Below are positions 1 through 13,282 of a DNA stretch of 64,000 nucleotides, one piece after another. Both the position numbers and the translations under genes were made by a program. The DNA comes from Octopus sinensis. Its lineage: Eukaryota. The stretch spans positions 27,404,001-27,468,000 of the forward strand of contig NC_042997.1 in assembly GCF_006345805.1 (NCBI RefSeq), read 5' to 3'. The notes beneath the pieces are model-generated. The model was not told where the DNA came from. It saw only the letters and a list, made by a program, of their open reading frames with translations, and made no database searches. The stretch's first letter is position 1. Every line of letters starts with the position of its first letter.

Positions 1-9
1 TGTTATTTG

Positions 10-460
10 ATAAATATGTTTTTGTATATCTTTTTTGTATATATTTATATACACAATACTTACTTTGATACTTTGATAGGTATCGGCAATTATTGGCTCA
101 GGCCACGTCTAACTTAATAGCACCACCTTAATAGCACCCAATATATAAATGTTTTTGTATATCTTTTTTGTATATATTTATATAAAATATATAAATATAT
201 ATTTTCGTATACCTTTTTTGTATATATTTATTTATACAATATAAAAATATGTTTTCGTGTATCTTTTTTATATATTTATTTATACAATATATAAATATGT
301 TTTTGTATATATTTTTGTATATATTTATATATACAATATATAAATATATGTTTTTGCATCTCTTTTTTGTGCATCAGCATGGCCGCAGTTCTGAGCTGAA
401 AATAGAAAAAAAAATATATGTTTTTGTATATCTCTTTTGTATATATTTATACATTTTTGT
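10..460. repeat. Degenerate ~45-50-nt AT-rich minisatellite
   Basis: ataaatatgtttttgtatatc(t)ttttgtatatattta recurs at about 10, 145, 250 and 290. Confidence 0.7.
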
Positions 461-910
461 AACAATAATTTATGTTTGGAAGAATTTTGAATACAGTACT
501 GGCGATTATGATACTAGTTGACTACATATTTGCCTTATATGTGCAGAGGTTTGCAGAGGGATTAATACTTAAACACAGTATCATGAGAAACAATTCTGCG
601 TATCATATTTCATTACATTTATAGGAAATTTTACATTTTAAGGTCCATAAAGCTTTATTAAATACTCAGGTGTTTTGGTTTGTTCTGCTTTTAACATTTC
701 TCATTTCCATAGTGCATGTACGTATTGAATTGCTGACTGGATGAACATGAATTTATTTTATAGATTACAATATGAAGTCGAAGTTACACAACTTACTCAT
801 ATGGGTTTCTCATGACAGTGATTAAAACAAAGGAAATACGCCTAAATGGCATATCTGTTTTTTAAACCTTCACACACAAACATGCACAGCATGTGTGTGT
901 GTGTGTGCGT

Positions 911-972
<62 letters not shown>

Positions 973-1339
973 AACGATGAACTCTACCCTCATCAGAGGA
1001 TAAGTAAGTTATGGATTTCAACTGAAAACTCAGAAAGTGGCAACTACGGAAATCCTGTGAGGAAGATCTTCGGGAAAATAAAGAATATATTGTTTTTACA
1101 TTTACCAAGAGAATAGAAACACTGTTATTCCTATTAGATGAAATTGCTAAGGCAGTATTTCATGATCAACAGTCGAAGAGTTATTTCCCGTCCCAGAGTA
1201 AATGTTTGAAAATCCATTATAGGCATAGGAAAAGTGAAAGATAGAGAGGTAGGGAGAGGAGAGGAAAGGAGAGAGAGAGAGAGGGAGAGAAAGAGGGAGA
1301 GACTGAGAGACAGACAGATAGAGAAGCTTCGAGAAATAT

Positions 1340-4300
1340 GATGTGGATGATAGTATGAAACTATGTACAGAACACAGCTTCTGCCACGAGACCACTACAC
1401 TATAGGGTCTCGGCCTCTTCATGGTCATTCACAATTATGGATATTCGTGTGCTAGGCATAGCTGTTGTTCACTCCAGCTCGCAGTATATAGAAAATAAGT
1501 GACATACAATCACTGAACTAGCGACGAGCAAACTAGCTAGGTTAGAAAACCCTATAAGAAATGAAAGCAGTCTTTATACTAAGAAGTAGTGTTGAAAAAT
1601 CCATTAATTTATTTGGCACCGAATGTATGGAGAAATTTAATTTATGGCATACACCCATAAGCGCTTTGTGGAATAACCTAAACGGAGTAGTCAAACGATC
1701 GAACGAATTCGAGGAGCTGAAATAAAAAGTGAAAGAAACTTTCTCCAAAGCGTGTTTTTTTTTTCTTTTTTTTGGAAGGTTTAGGCTGTTGCATAAAAAA
1801 AAAATCAAGGTTTGCTATCAAAGACAATTCAACACCTCTCAGGCTCAAACGGAACGCGCCGTTTGCTGCAGTAGATCAGGTCAGTAACTAACTAGAAAGG
1901 TTGGAAATCCTGAATATAAGAATATAATTTTAAAGATGGACCACGCAAACTGGGCAGCACCGGCGGTGTACGTAAAAATAATAATAATAAGCTAAGAGTG
2001 TACTCCGACTTCTCAACCGGGTTAAACGACTCTTTACTCATACACAAGCCCAGAAGAAGTTTTGCTAAACTAAAAGGAGGGGAAACTTTTTCGAAATTAG
2101 ACCTCTCAGAAGCGTAATTTCAAATTCAGTTAGAGGACGATTGCACACATCTACTAACAATCAACACGCACCGTGGATTTTACAAGTTTAAACGACTGCC
2201 TTTTGGGGTAAAAGTGGCACCCGCCAAATTCCAACAAATAATAGATCCGATGTTAAGTGTTTGCGACTTCTCCATCGTATACCTAGATGAAATTCTGATA
2301 AAGACCGAGTCTCGGGTGTAACATGTCGAACGCATAAATTATTTAAGGAAATAAGTGTATACAGACTAAAACTGACAGACTAACCCTGTGAATTTTTTAT
2401 GAAATATATATAATACCTAAGTCAAGTAATCGACGAAAGTGGATGTAGACGGGACCCATCAAGGGCGACGGCAATACGAAATATGCCGCCTCCGACGAAC
2501 ATGACAATGCTAGAAGCATTCCTAGGCTTGGTAAATATACATAAGGTAACGGCACCACTTAATGAATTATTTTTTTAAGTGCCAAATGGATTTGGACAGA
2601 GAAATGTCAGAAAGTATTTAACGAGTTAAAAGATGTGTTAACTTCAGGCTTGTATCTTACGCATTTCGACCCAAAGTTAAAGATAATACCAGCTACAGAT
2701 GCAAGTGAGTATGTGATAGGAGCCGTGCTTCTACACAAGTGTAACGAGGGCAGGAGAAAGGCTAATCCGTCAAGGAAATTATTGCCAGCGGAAAAGAACT
2801 ATAACCAGATTGAAGAAAGACGTTGGCTATTATATTTAGCGTGAAGAAACTTCACAGGTTCCTACATGACCCACGTGTTTGGTTGCAAACGGACCATAGA
2901 CCTCTGATAATGGTATAAGGATCCAAGAAGGGAATCCTGACACACACGACACACAGACTGCTGCGGTGGGGTACCAATCTATTAAACTATAATTATAGAA
3001 TGGAACGTCTGCCCCCCAAAAGAGATGGGACATACCGTTGGTCTATCTAGGCTAATTCCGAGAAATAACGAACTGCTGGAAGACACCGTAATGGCAGCGC
3101 TAAGGTCGGAAGCAGAAACAAAAAAAAAAGTGTTGTGAAATATCGTGCGTAACTTTATAAGAAATAAAAGGAAATGCGAGAAATGACAAATTTATTAATG
3201 AGACAAAACAAAATTGTGGTCGACAAAGGGAAATAAAGAAAAGTCTGATGCAAAGAACCGCCAAGACGTGAACGTATACACTTTATGTGATGTTGTATTA
3301 ATGTACGCTCAGAGAGAAGTCATTCTACAGACATTACAGAAGAGAATGCTAAAAGAGTTCCAGGTGAGACATCCAAGCATCTCTATAATGAAAGCGCCGG
3401 TGCGAAGTTTCGTATACTGGCCAAGCACAGACAAAGTTGAAAACCTGGTAAAAGGCTGCAGGGTGTGTGCGCTGGCAGCGAAACTACCTTCTACAAAACG
3501 TCAATCTTGGCCTGAAATGAAAATACCATTGTTCCCACTGCATATCAATTTTGCAGGCCCTGTAAATGGATATTATTACCTAATAGTAGTGGACAGCTAC
3601 ACAAAATGACCTGAGGTCGTGAGGTGTAAACGACCAATCTCATATACTGTAATAAAGTTCTTATACGAGCTGTTTGCATGATTTGGTGTACCAGATATAA
3701 TTGTCTCTCATAACGGAACACAGTTTGTATCCCGTGAGTTTAAAAGATTCTGCGAGATGTTCACGTTAGAACAAAAGATTATAGCACCGTATCATTCTAG
3801 ATCGAATGGAAGGGACGAACGGGTTCGTGGACACTTTTAAGAGAGCTTTGAAGAAAGCAAATAAAGAAGCTACGTACGAGGTCGCGATCCAACAATTCTT
3901 AAGGGTACACAGGTTAACTTTGAACCCAAATGTGCCAGAAGGAAGTTCACCAGCACAATTAATGTTTGCCGGAAAGGTGAAGTCAGTATTCGATAAGCTG
4001 TTAACAGTGCAGAAACAAATACGTGCTAATAAAGACATACCAACATTCTTTAGAATCGGTGATAAGGTATACTCTTTACTCTTTTACTCTTTTACTTGTT
4101 TCAGTCATTTGACTGCGGCCATTTGACTGCGGCCCAGTACTTATTCTATCGGTCTCTTTTGCCGAACCGCTAAGTGACGGGGACATAAACACACCAGCAT
4201 CGGTTGTCAAGCAATGCTAGTGGGACAAACACAGACACACAAACAAACGCACACACATATATATATATATACATATATACGACGGGCTTCTTTCAGTTTC

Positions 4301-4770
4301 CATCTACCAAATCCACTCACAAGGCTTTGGTCGGCCCGAGGCTATAGCAGAAGACACTTGCCCAAGATGCCACGCAGTGAGACTGAACCCGGAACCATGT
4401 GGCTGGTTAGCAAGCTACTTACCACACAGCCACTCCTGCGCCTGTGTAAGAACGTACAAAAGAACGTATGTAAGAACGTACAAAAGGGGCAAGCAATACT
4501 ATGAGAAAGGAGAAATTGTAACATACATAGGAAGAATGATGTATGGTGTAAGAAACAGAAATGGAATGGAAAGGAAACATAGAAATCGTAGACACACAGA
4601 GATAGAAATCATAGAAACCATAGAGAATGAAAGAGAAGGCACCAATAAGAGCAGAAATACCGATGGTTTGGCTATATGACACTTTTCAGATTCCAACACC
4701 GTTACAAGAAGTCGAAACCACACGTACAAGGAAAAGGAAGAACATTGAATTCCTAAAAGCAAACCCTAAG
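1340..4770 (+). mobile_element. Degenerate Ty3/Gypsy LTR retrotransposon pol (RT, RNase H, integrase), interrupted by a SINE at ~4070-4444
   Basis: Fragments WAAPAVYVK, FSKLDLSEA, RLPFGVKVAPAKFQ, YLDEILI (RT); ATDASEYVIGAVL (RNase H); HINFAGP, VVDSY, FVDTFKRAL (integrase). FRIGDKVY resumes after the SINE as RTYKRGKQYYEKG. Many stops and frameshifts. Confidence 0.9.
4070..4444 (-). mobile_element. tRNA-type SINE family A (representative copy, with internal deletion)
   Basis: Head ggagtggctgtgtggtaagtagcttgc, tail (aaaagagt)n. Further copies at ~5178-5586(-), 19605-20065(-), 32918-33319(-), 40563-40962(-), 40970-41400(-, diverged), 43323-43895(+), 50312-50602(+) and 61118-61535(+). Confidence 0.9.
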
Positions 4771-4871
4771 AAGAAAAGGTGTTGAATATATATATATATA
4801 TATATATATAAAATGGGGGGAGGTAGGGAGAATAAAAGAAATTGATTGTTAAAAAGATTTAATGGGGGAAA

Positions 4872-5114
4872 TGTATGTTGAAACTGTCAACACACCCAGT
4901 AAAAAGTGGTAGTAGTAGGCATTATAGATAAACCAGACGCCGGTCGACAGGGAGAAGGTCGAGAGAACGTGTAGACTGTGTTGACCGTAGCTGGGGGTCG
5001 TACAGTGCCAGACAGTAACATTCTATCGAGGTCTTCTGAATATAGCAATATTTGTCAGAGTGAAAACCGTCGTCAAAAGACAAATCAAACAGTGGCAAAA
5101 GACGCTTTACAACA
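4872..5114 (+). mobile_element. Probable 3' LTR of the Gypsy element
   Basis: TGT...ACA termini, directly preceded by a purine-rich tract (aatgggggaaa), downstream of the integrase. No 5' LTR copy recognised. Confidence 0.55.
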
Positions 5115-5169
<55 letters not shown>

Positions 5170-5950
5170 TATATATTCTTTTTTTTCTTTTATTCTTTTA
5201 TTCTTTTACTTGTTTCCGTCATTTGACTGCGGCCATGCTGGAGCACCGACTTTAGTCGAGCAAATCGACTTATTCTTTGTAAGCCCAGTACTTATTCTAT
5301 CGGTCTCTTTTTGCCGAACCGCTAATTTACGGGGACGTAAACACACAAGCATCGGTTGTCAAGCAATGCTAGGGGACAAACAAAGACACACAAACACACA
5401 CACACATACATATACATATATACGACAGGCTTCTTTCAGTTTCCGTCTACCAAATCCACTCACAAGGCATTGGTCGGCCCGGGGCTATAGCAGAAGACAC
5501 TTGCCCAAGATGCCACGCAGTGGGACTGAACCCGGAACCATGTGGTTGGTAAGCAAGCTACTTACCACACAGCCACTCCTGCGCCTATATATACATATAT
5601 ATAAGCAAAATAATTGAGATTCAGATGAATTAGGTATCTAAGATGAAGCACCCAAAATTAGAGCGGTATTATCTATACAACTTCAAAATAAGGTGAATAA
5701 AATAAAATTAAGCAACAGGATATCCAGAGGTGATGCAGTCCGGATACTTATTAATCATGCCTCGTATATATATATATATATATATATTGTTTATTTCCGT
5801 AAACCTGCGTTCGTCTTTTGTCTATTTTTATAAAGCTTCCCGTTATATATATATATATATTATATATATATATTTAGGGAAGATCATTACGTCAATAAAA
5901 ATAAGCACACGCATTTATTCAAAAGCAAATATGTATATATACATACATGT

Positions 5951-6272
5951 GGAGGCGCATGGCTTAGTAGTTAGAGCATCGGACTCAAAATCATGAAGTA
6001 GTGAGTTCGAATCTCAGACGTGGCTCTGTATTGAGTTCTTAAGCAAGACATTTTATTTCACGTTGCCTCATTTCACTCAGCTGTAGAAATGAGTTCCGAT
6101 GTCACTGGTGCCAAGCCGTATCAGTGTTTGCCTTTCTCTTGGATAACATCAGTAGCGTTGGAGAGAGGAGGCTGATATGCACTGGCTACGGCTGGTCTTC
6201 CATAAACAACCTTCTCCAAATGGAAACTTTCTTGGTGCATCCCACGGTCATTCATAACCGAAGAGGGTCTTT
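5951..6272 (+). mobile_element. tRNA-type SINE family C
   Basis: A-box tggcttagtagttagag and B-box gagttcgaatc. Homologous copies at ~7259-7580 and ~39226-39543. Confidence 0.85.
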
Positions 6273-9087
6273 ACCCTTTTTTTTTTTTTTTACATTCATA
6301 TGTATCATTTATTGTCTTTTACTTGTTTCAATGATTTCCTCTACATTGAAGAAATTTAGTTCAACGGATCGCTCCCTGTGTCTGTTCGATTAAGACTGGT
6401 CCTTATTCTATTGGCCGTCTTTTGTCATTCCGCTAAGTTACAGATACGTAAACAAACAAATTTCTCGCAAACCTGCCGCTGTACGCATATGCTAACAAGG
6501 TAATTTTGCTTAGATTAGTTGTAGAGAACTTACCTATTTCTTTACTACCCACAAGGGGCTAAACATAGAGGGGACAAACATGGACAGACATAGGTTTTAA
6601 GTCGATTATATCGACCCCAGTGCGTAACTGGTACTTAATTTATCGACCCCGAAAGGATGAAAGGCAAAGTCGATCTCGGCGGAGTTTGAACTCAGAACGT
6701 AACAGCAGACGAAATACGGCTACGCATTTCGCCCGGCGTGCTAACGATTCTGCCAGCGCACCACCATACCATGTAGAGAACTTACTATTGCTTTATGCAA
6801 TAAACAAACACTCAACTTTACTGTGAAAATTGTCCTTGTTTTAAAATCACAGTCCTTTCTCTTCAAGATATATCCCAGAACGACAGCCATTTACAAAGCA
6901 ATAAATTCTATCCACTCAAGGTATAGCAATCCCTGAATCAGAGATTTAACATTTGAATACTTATCCCAATGATACAAATAAAGAAATAAATAAAATGAAA
7001 AATGACAAAGATAGTTTTTGTGTTCATAATACTTTTATTAAAATACGACTTTAATATAAAGCAAATTTTATGTATAATATAATTTATGTATAATATAATT
7101 TATGTATAATATATGTATCTCACATTTTCACCTATTAAAGAGGTGTTATATCCAACATTCATTTCAAAATAATACAAAATATACTTAAACAATTTCAATA
7201 TCGAAATTTCGATACACTATATAGATATAAAAATATATAAAATAAATATGAAAAAATTGGTTGGCTCAGTGGTTAAAACGTAGGACTCGCAAACATGAGG
7301 TAGTGAGTTTGATTCCAGGGCCGGGCTGTGCACTGTGTTTTTGAGCAAGCCACTTTATTTTACGTTGCTCCAGCTCACTCAGCTGTAGAAATGAACTGTG
7401 AGGTCACTGGTGCAAAGCTATGTCGGCGTTTGCCTTGGATAACATAGATGGTGTGGAGAGTGAACGCTGATATGCATGGGCGACTGCTGGTCTTCCATGA
7501 ACTTTGCTCGAACTTGTGCCTCGGAGATGAACTTTCTAGTTGCAATTCCATGGTCATTCTCGACCGAAGGATTTTTTACTCTTATGTATGTATGTATATA
7601 TATTAATATATATTGATATATTATAATATATATATAATATTATGTATATGTATATATATATATATATATATATTATGTGTGTGTGTGTGTGTTGTGTGTG
7701 TTTGTGTGTATGTGTGTGTGCGTGTGTACGTATGTATGTACGAATGCATGTATTGAATAATAGTCTGAGTACCATACTATATTCACTATATTTAAGAACT
7801 CAATATGAGCCTTTCGTTAAACTCTAATATGTCATTACAATGCAAGATTTACAAGTGGAATAAGTTAGTATAAGTAATGACTATTTAGAGCAACATACTA
7901 ATGCATTTAGTATAGTAATGATGCAAAATTTGTAATTTAATTCTTTTCTACAGCTGTTGCAACGAAAAGAATACAATCATCATTCATAAAAATACGTAAT
8001 TAATGAATAAAAATGCATATTTAATTTAGTTATTTGTGAAGGATAAACAATTTTCCCAGAGATAAAATTAAATCTGTTATTTCATGGTGTGCGCATGTGT
8101 GTGTCTGTGCTCGTAATTCCTGTAAGATAATTTCATGAAACAATACTGTGTCATTAAGTGCACTATTTTAAATCTATTGTGTAAAAGCAAAATGTGATTG
8201 TTATATATAATACTTAGTAACATTATTTAGGCAATTGAAAATAATGCATTAACAGAATAACTGAACATCGGAAAGAAATTCCTTGCTCTATTTAATGACT
8301 ATTCTTTAAATTCTCAATTCAACTATCACTGGTCAACATAGATTTGCATTTGTGAAGGACCGAAGTATTCGGTTCAATTTTACCGACTAGTTCCTAAACT
8401 TGTGCCTATGTATATATCGTTATTTAGGCAACTAAAATGATTAAATACAATACGGTGTTAAAGTGGATTCAAGTATTATTATCCGAAGGAGTTTAAGTCC
8501 ATTCTACTGTCTTCCCCACATATAAATTCTAATTGAGAAAATGAATGCACGTTTGAGTATTTATCTGTCTTTGCGTATAAAAACGCTGGTAAAAAAAAAA
8601 GTTATTTGAAGTCTTAGATATTCTAAATATGCAGTAAAAATTATTATTTAGTTAACAATATTTTTAATAATTTAATTTCTTAATGATAACAATAAATAGA
8701 TATTTGTCTTGAAAAGTTTTAAAATATAGAATTTTTTGCAAAATGTATGATTCTCTTTCATTTGACTGCCCTTTCTCTCTCTCTCTCTCTCTCTCTCTTT
8801 ATCTCTCTCTCTTTCACTCTCTCTCACTCTCTCTCTCTCGCTATATATATTTATATACATTAAATATAATAAAATGTAATATAATTTATAATATAAGTAT
8901 ATATATATGTTATTTATAGATGCATACCATATTTACATATGTACATATAGATATACAAATAAAAATGTATGTGTTTTGTTTTTGTGTGTATATATATTTA
9001 AATAACCACATGGTGGTATACTTAAGCTTTCATATCATGAATAACTTTTGCGTTACACGCAGAGAACATTTTAGTAGTCAGTTGTAT

Positions 9088-9603
9088 TTACGACTCGTAA
9101 TCGTCCTTATTTCTTTCGATTATAAAATCGACTTTCCTTGCACATACACAAGCTGTGGCTACCTCAATCACTTTTGGCTTATATACATATAGTCCATCGA
9201 TACATTCCCCTGTACGTTTGAGGACAGTCATTTTAGTGTATACCATCACACACTGGTGATTGCTATCTGTGTCTACACAATCACTACAATGACACACTAC
9301 TTCAGCACGTGACGGAGGGAAATATGTTGAATCATGGGTAATGTTCAGATACCAAGGACAGGTTGATCGCTCACTGATGGTAGCAGTAGATCCAGAAGAT
9401 GTTGGACAAGTTTTATTCCCTTTAATCTGTGGTGGCTGGTTACTTCCGGCTGGAGCCATTTCAGATGGTAGAAAAAAGCTATTACCAATGGCTGCACGGG
9501 ACAGACTCTCGTACTGGACTTGCAAGTTGCTTGGTATTTTACATTGGGATGGAATTGATGCCGAAGATGCAATCAGGATGTTACTGATGAGAACTATCAA
9601 AAC
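9088..9603 (-). CDS. IL17: IL-17-like cytokine gene A, exon 2 (rest of signal peptide + cystine-knot domain; spliced protein 176 aa)
   Basis: Open frame with IL-17 motifs RSTCPWYLN, VVCHCSDC, HQCVMVY, KRTGEC, ATACVC. Begins after a pyrimidine tract and CAG acceptor (ccttttttctttcag|GTT TTG ATA) at 9604. Hydrophobic start VLIVLISNILIASSA. Confidence 0.93.
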   Translation of the reverse strand, partial: VLIVLISNILIASSASIPSQCKIPSNLQVQYESLSRAAIGNSFFLPSEMAPAGSNQPPQIKGNKTCPTSSGSTATISERSTCPWYLNITHDSTYFPPSRAEVVCHCSDCVDTDSNHQCVMVYTKMTVLKRTGECIDGLYVYKPKVIEVATACVCARKVDFIIERNKDDYES

Positions 9604-11233
9604 CTGAAAGAAAAAAGGTGATAGAAAACATTTTAGTCATGTTGTGTATCTTATTTTCAATTTATTTGAAATAACCTTAAAAAATATAACATACGTTTTT
9701 TTAAGAAATTACATAATAGATATCTAATATACAAAAAAATGTGGAGTAAGGTATAAATATAAAATCATACGTAGTAGTTATTTTCCTATACATTTGTTAC
9801 TTAAAATCGTATTCACTGGTAAACAGCGGGGACAAATACTTTTAGTGGAGAGAAAGCTGTGATGTGTAATTGGTTGATTAATGACTTAAATGAAAGATTT
9901 GAAAGTGCAAGTCGATAGAGGAGTTTTACTCGAAAAAGAAAGAATGTAGGAGAAACTTAAAGGAAGAATAATTAAGTAGGTGCGACAATTGACGTATGTG
10001 TGAATTCATAAGTAAACAATTGTTTGTGGATAGTAGATGTTTCTGTTATATATACGACAGTTAAGTTTAAACACAACTGTATTATATATAACAGAAACAA
10101 CTACTATCGCTTAAAAAAAATAGAATCCTACTTAAGGAATACAATACACTATTGAAATTAGATGTCTTATTAATGAATAAGTTATGAGGTGGGAGATGAG
10201 ATTTCCAATCATACTGAAAACAACATATTTGGAATCGTAATGTTTTTTTTTTCCTGATATATTTGTTTTGAAGTTCTTGCTAATTCTGTTTCGGGTTGTT
10301 CCGTTGAAAATATCAATAACTAACTATTTTCATTTTGACGGTATATGTTTTACAAATATTGTTAATTAGAATCTACATCTCTTCAGTCAATTAACAATAC
10401 ACAAAAAAAAGAGAAAACGCAAGCACAGCATTTCTTTCTTCTATTTTGTAAATTTAACTCTTCATGTGCAGCTTTAAATTCATTGTTGAATGAAAGAAGG
10501 AAGAGAGTTATGCTTTAAACAAACTTCGCTATGGAATGAAAGCGAAGGCCCAAACTAAAGATTCAGCGTACTGAAAAAGGACATGAACTTCATGATGCTT
10601 TCATCTAAATAGACTTAATAGCAGTTATGTAAAGTGAAATTTCCATAGTCCCAACCCCTACTATATAATAATCGTAAAACAAAGAACTAAAAAAATTCGT
10701 TTCCTAATCAAGAGTCTTTAAAGAATTAAATTGTTCCTACAATAAAATACAGTATTTCAAACGATAAATCGTTCAATATAATGAGAAAAAGATACACTCA
10801 ACAAAGCTTATCCACACTGCTTGAGGGTAAAGGCGCAAAAATATTCACTCTCTTGACCAACCTCAATATTTCTGAATGGGGGCGATGAGGATTAAACAGA
10901 AAAAAAAAGTTAGATTGTTTTAAACAGTTTAATTTTATCCATCTGTTCGGCAAAGAAACAAGAATTCTGTTGATGCAAATGAAATGGGGAGGGAAATCTG
11001 TTTTCCCTACTTTTCGTTTGCGGGTATGAGTATTTGTCAGCTAGAAATGCGTTTGGGTTTCATTGTCTACACCATAGTTGAATCATTGTATATATTTTAA
11101 CACGCCTCTCTTCCCTTATTCCTCACCGACTATATTAGTTCACAAATGCACTCAACGATGGAGGTATCTTTGTATGTATGTATGCATATATGCATATATG
11201 TAATATATACATACATAAATACTTTCATATATA

Positions 11234-11303
<70 letters not shown>

Positions 11304-11420
11304 TTATATAAGGAAACATTAATAGAAAGATAAATGCATCAGATAGTATTGACTTACGAATATTTACTGTGTAAACCTGAAATATATGATATATAATGCC
11401 GTTAAGATGCTATAACTTAC

Positions 11421-11435
11421 TTTTGTCATGTTCAT
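11421..11435 (-). CDS. IL17: IL-17-like gene A, exon 1 coding part (MNMTK)
   Basis: Minus strand ttacaATG AAC ATG ACA AAA|gtaagt. Phase-0 join to GTT at 9603 restores the frame (intron 1817 nt). Same ttaca-ATG context and 15-nt length as at 39150. Confidence 0.8.
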
Positions 11436-11569
11436 TGTAAGGCTTGTTGAAATGGGAACAAAGACGAAGACTTTAGCAATATGATATAACTTTTTCAAGG
11501 GGGTCTTGACTGTACTCAGTTCTCGATCTGATTTGCTTTCTTTTTGATATCAATTATCCTAAGTTTGCT

Positions 11570-11678
11570 TATTTATATATTGTATATAGACATAACGGAA
11601 TTTCCCCATGAGACATATTTAACGTAAATTATGAAATTTATAGATATCGAGGCGGAACTAGCAAAATGACGGAAATGC
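11570..11678 (-). promoter_or_regulatory. Gene A proximal promoter: GCATTTCCG motif (11670-11678), kappaB site GGGGAAATTCC (11597-11607), TATA-like TATATAAAT (~11571-11579)
   Basis: Motifs read directly. Order and rough spacing are conserved upstream of three other exon-1 copies. GGGAAATTCC fits the NF-kB consensus GGGRNNYYCC. Confidence 0.7.
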
Positions 11679-11812
11679 ATTCTTCCGTTGAGGTTTTAAA
11701 TCCGGAGGAAACTTATCGGTAAGTGGAAAAATTTTCGTGACCCATATATTTGCTATTATGTACATTGGGACAGGTATTACAATAAAAGGTTCTATTTTTT
11801 ACCTATTGTTTA

Positions 11813-12177
11813 CTAGCCTGTCAACCCGGTATGGGTGCAGTAGGTATCGAAAGAAATTAATTATTCATAAACAGTCACGTAAATATTACGATCCTGTCTC
11901 TTGTGTACTTTTGATTTGTAAAACATCAGTTTTAACACGGAATCTCCAACCAAACTGTTTTGAATAAAACATGTAACTTCTAATAAATGTGTTGAGTGAC
12001 CTTATATTTTTCCAATCACGTGTGTGCGCGCGTGTGTGTGTGTGTCTCTCTCTCTCTCTAAATATATATATATATATATATATATCTTTTTCTCTCTCCT
12101 TGTATATATATATATAATTATATATATATAATAATATATATATATAATATATATATATAATATATATATATATATAG

Positions 12178-12208
<31 letters not shown>

Positions 12209-12260
12209 CTATAATAGTATATGATAATATATTATATATATATATAATATACGTATATAT

Positions 12261-12291
<31 letters not shown>

Positions 12292-12383
12292 ATATATACA
12301 TATAATATAATATAATTATATATATATATTATATATATATATATATGATATATAATATGTATATATATATATATTTAATATAT

Positions 12384-12456
<73 letters not shown>

Positions 12457-13240
12457 TATATATTGTGTGTGTGTGCGTTTTTACAAAACATCCGTAAATT
12501 TCGCAAAAATTTTCATTGAATAATGGGATGGCATTGTATAATTGTACACAATGTAGCATACATGACATCCTATCCAACGAAATACGTATTACATCACGAA
12601 ATAAGTGATGATAACAGATATAAGATAATGTTTTCCCTCAAAGTTTTAACTGACAATAGAGAACATACAATATAACGAAAGTTTATATCATATATATGTC
12701 TCTGACCTTCAGCGTAGTACCTACCTTTGTTTCGGGACATATCAGAATACATTATTATACACAGTACATTAAACTTTTCAAACATTAATTCGAGTTTTTA
12801 AATGACCCTTTGTTGACTGCTTACATGATGTGCACCACCAAGCGATGGATTATCTGATATATATAGGAAGTTGATTAAAGCGTGCGTATACACATGGCTG
12901 TATGCCGATTAAAGCACGTTCACTGTCTATCACTATCAAAAATCATTCACAGTGTAAATCCCACTGGATCTACCTCAAGAATTCCTGCGTAGTCGTTGAA
13001 GCATAAAATAGAATTCAAGAATTCACGAGATTCTCTATTAATTACAACGATCGTTTTAACTCATCTTGCATCGATCCTTCGCAAGTGAGATAGTATACAA
13101 CTGGTTATGATGCATCCTTGGGTGCAGATGTGGCTGGTCGGGTGACTTTTCAGAAACAAACTCGTACAATATACTCGGTTACGCCTGGTTCGATTATGCA
13201 GAATGTCGTTATTTGCCAATAGGTTATTGTCTATAGGCTT
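11813..13240 (-). mobile_element. Possible highly decayed Helitron remnant
   Basis: Minus-strand end has a short hairpin (accc/gggt, 11824-11836) then CTAG (11813-16). Weak helicase-like fragments upstream (REFLNSI; NFRYIVC). Resemblance only. Confidence 0.3.
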
Positions 13241-13251
13241 CTTGGCTTCGA

Positions 13252-13279
<28 letters not shown>

Positions 13280-13282
<3 letters not shown>

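Noticed and set aside
5060-5617. Recurring ORFs containing RQASFSFRLPNPLTR...MWLVSKLLTTQPLL
   Set aside because: Chance open frame in the antisense of SINE family A, seen in every copy.
11341-11370. Second GTAAGT donor (11352-11357) ~60 nt downstream of the gene A exon 1 donor
   Set aside because: Using it would include an in-frame stop; the first donor matches the paralogue pattern.
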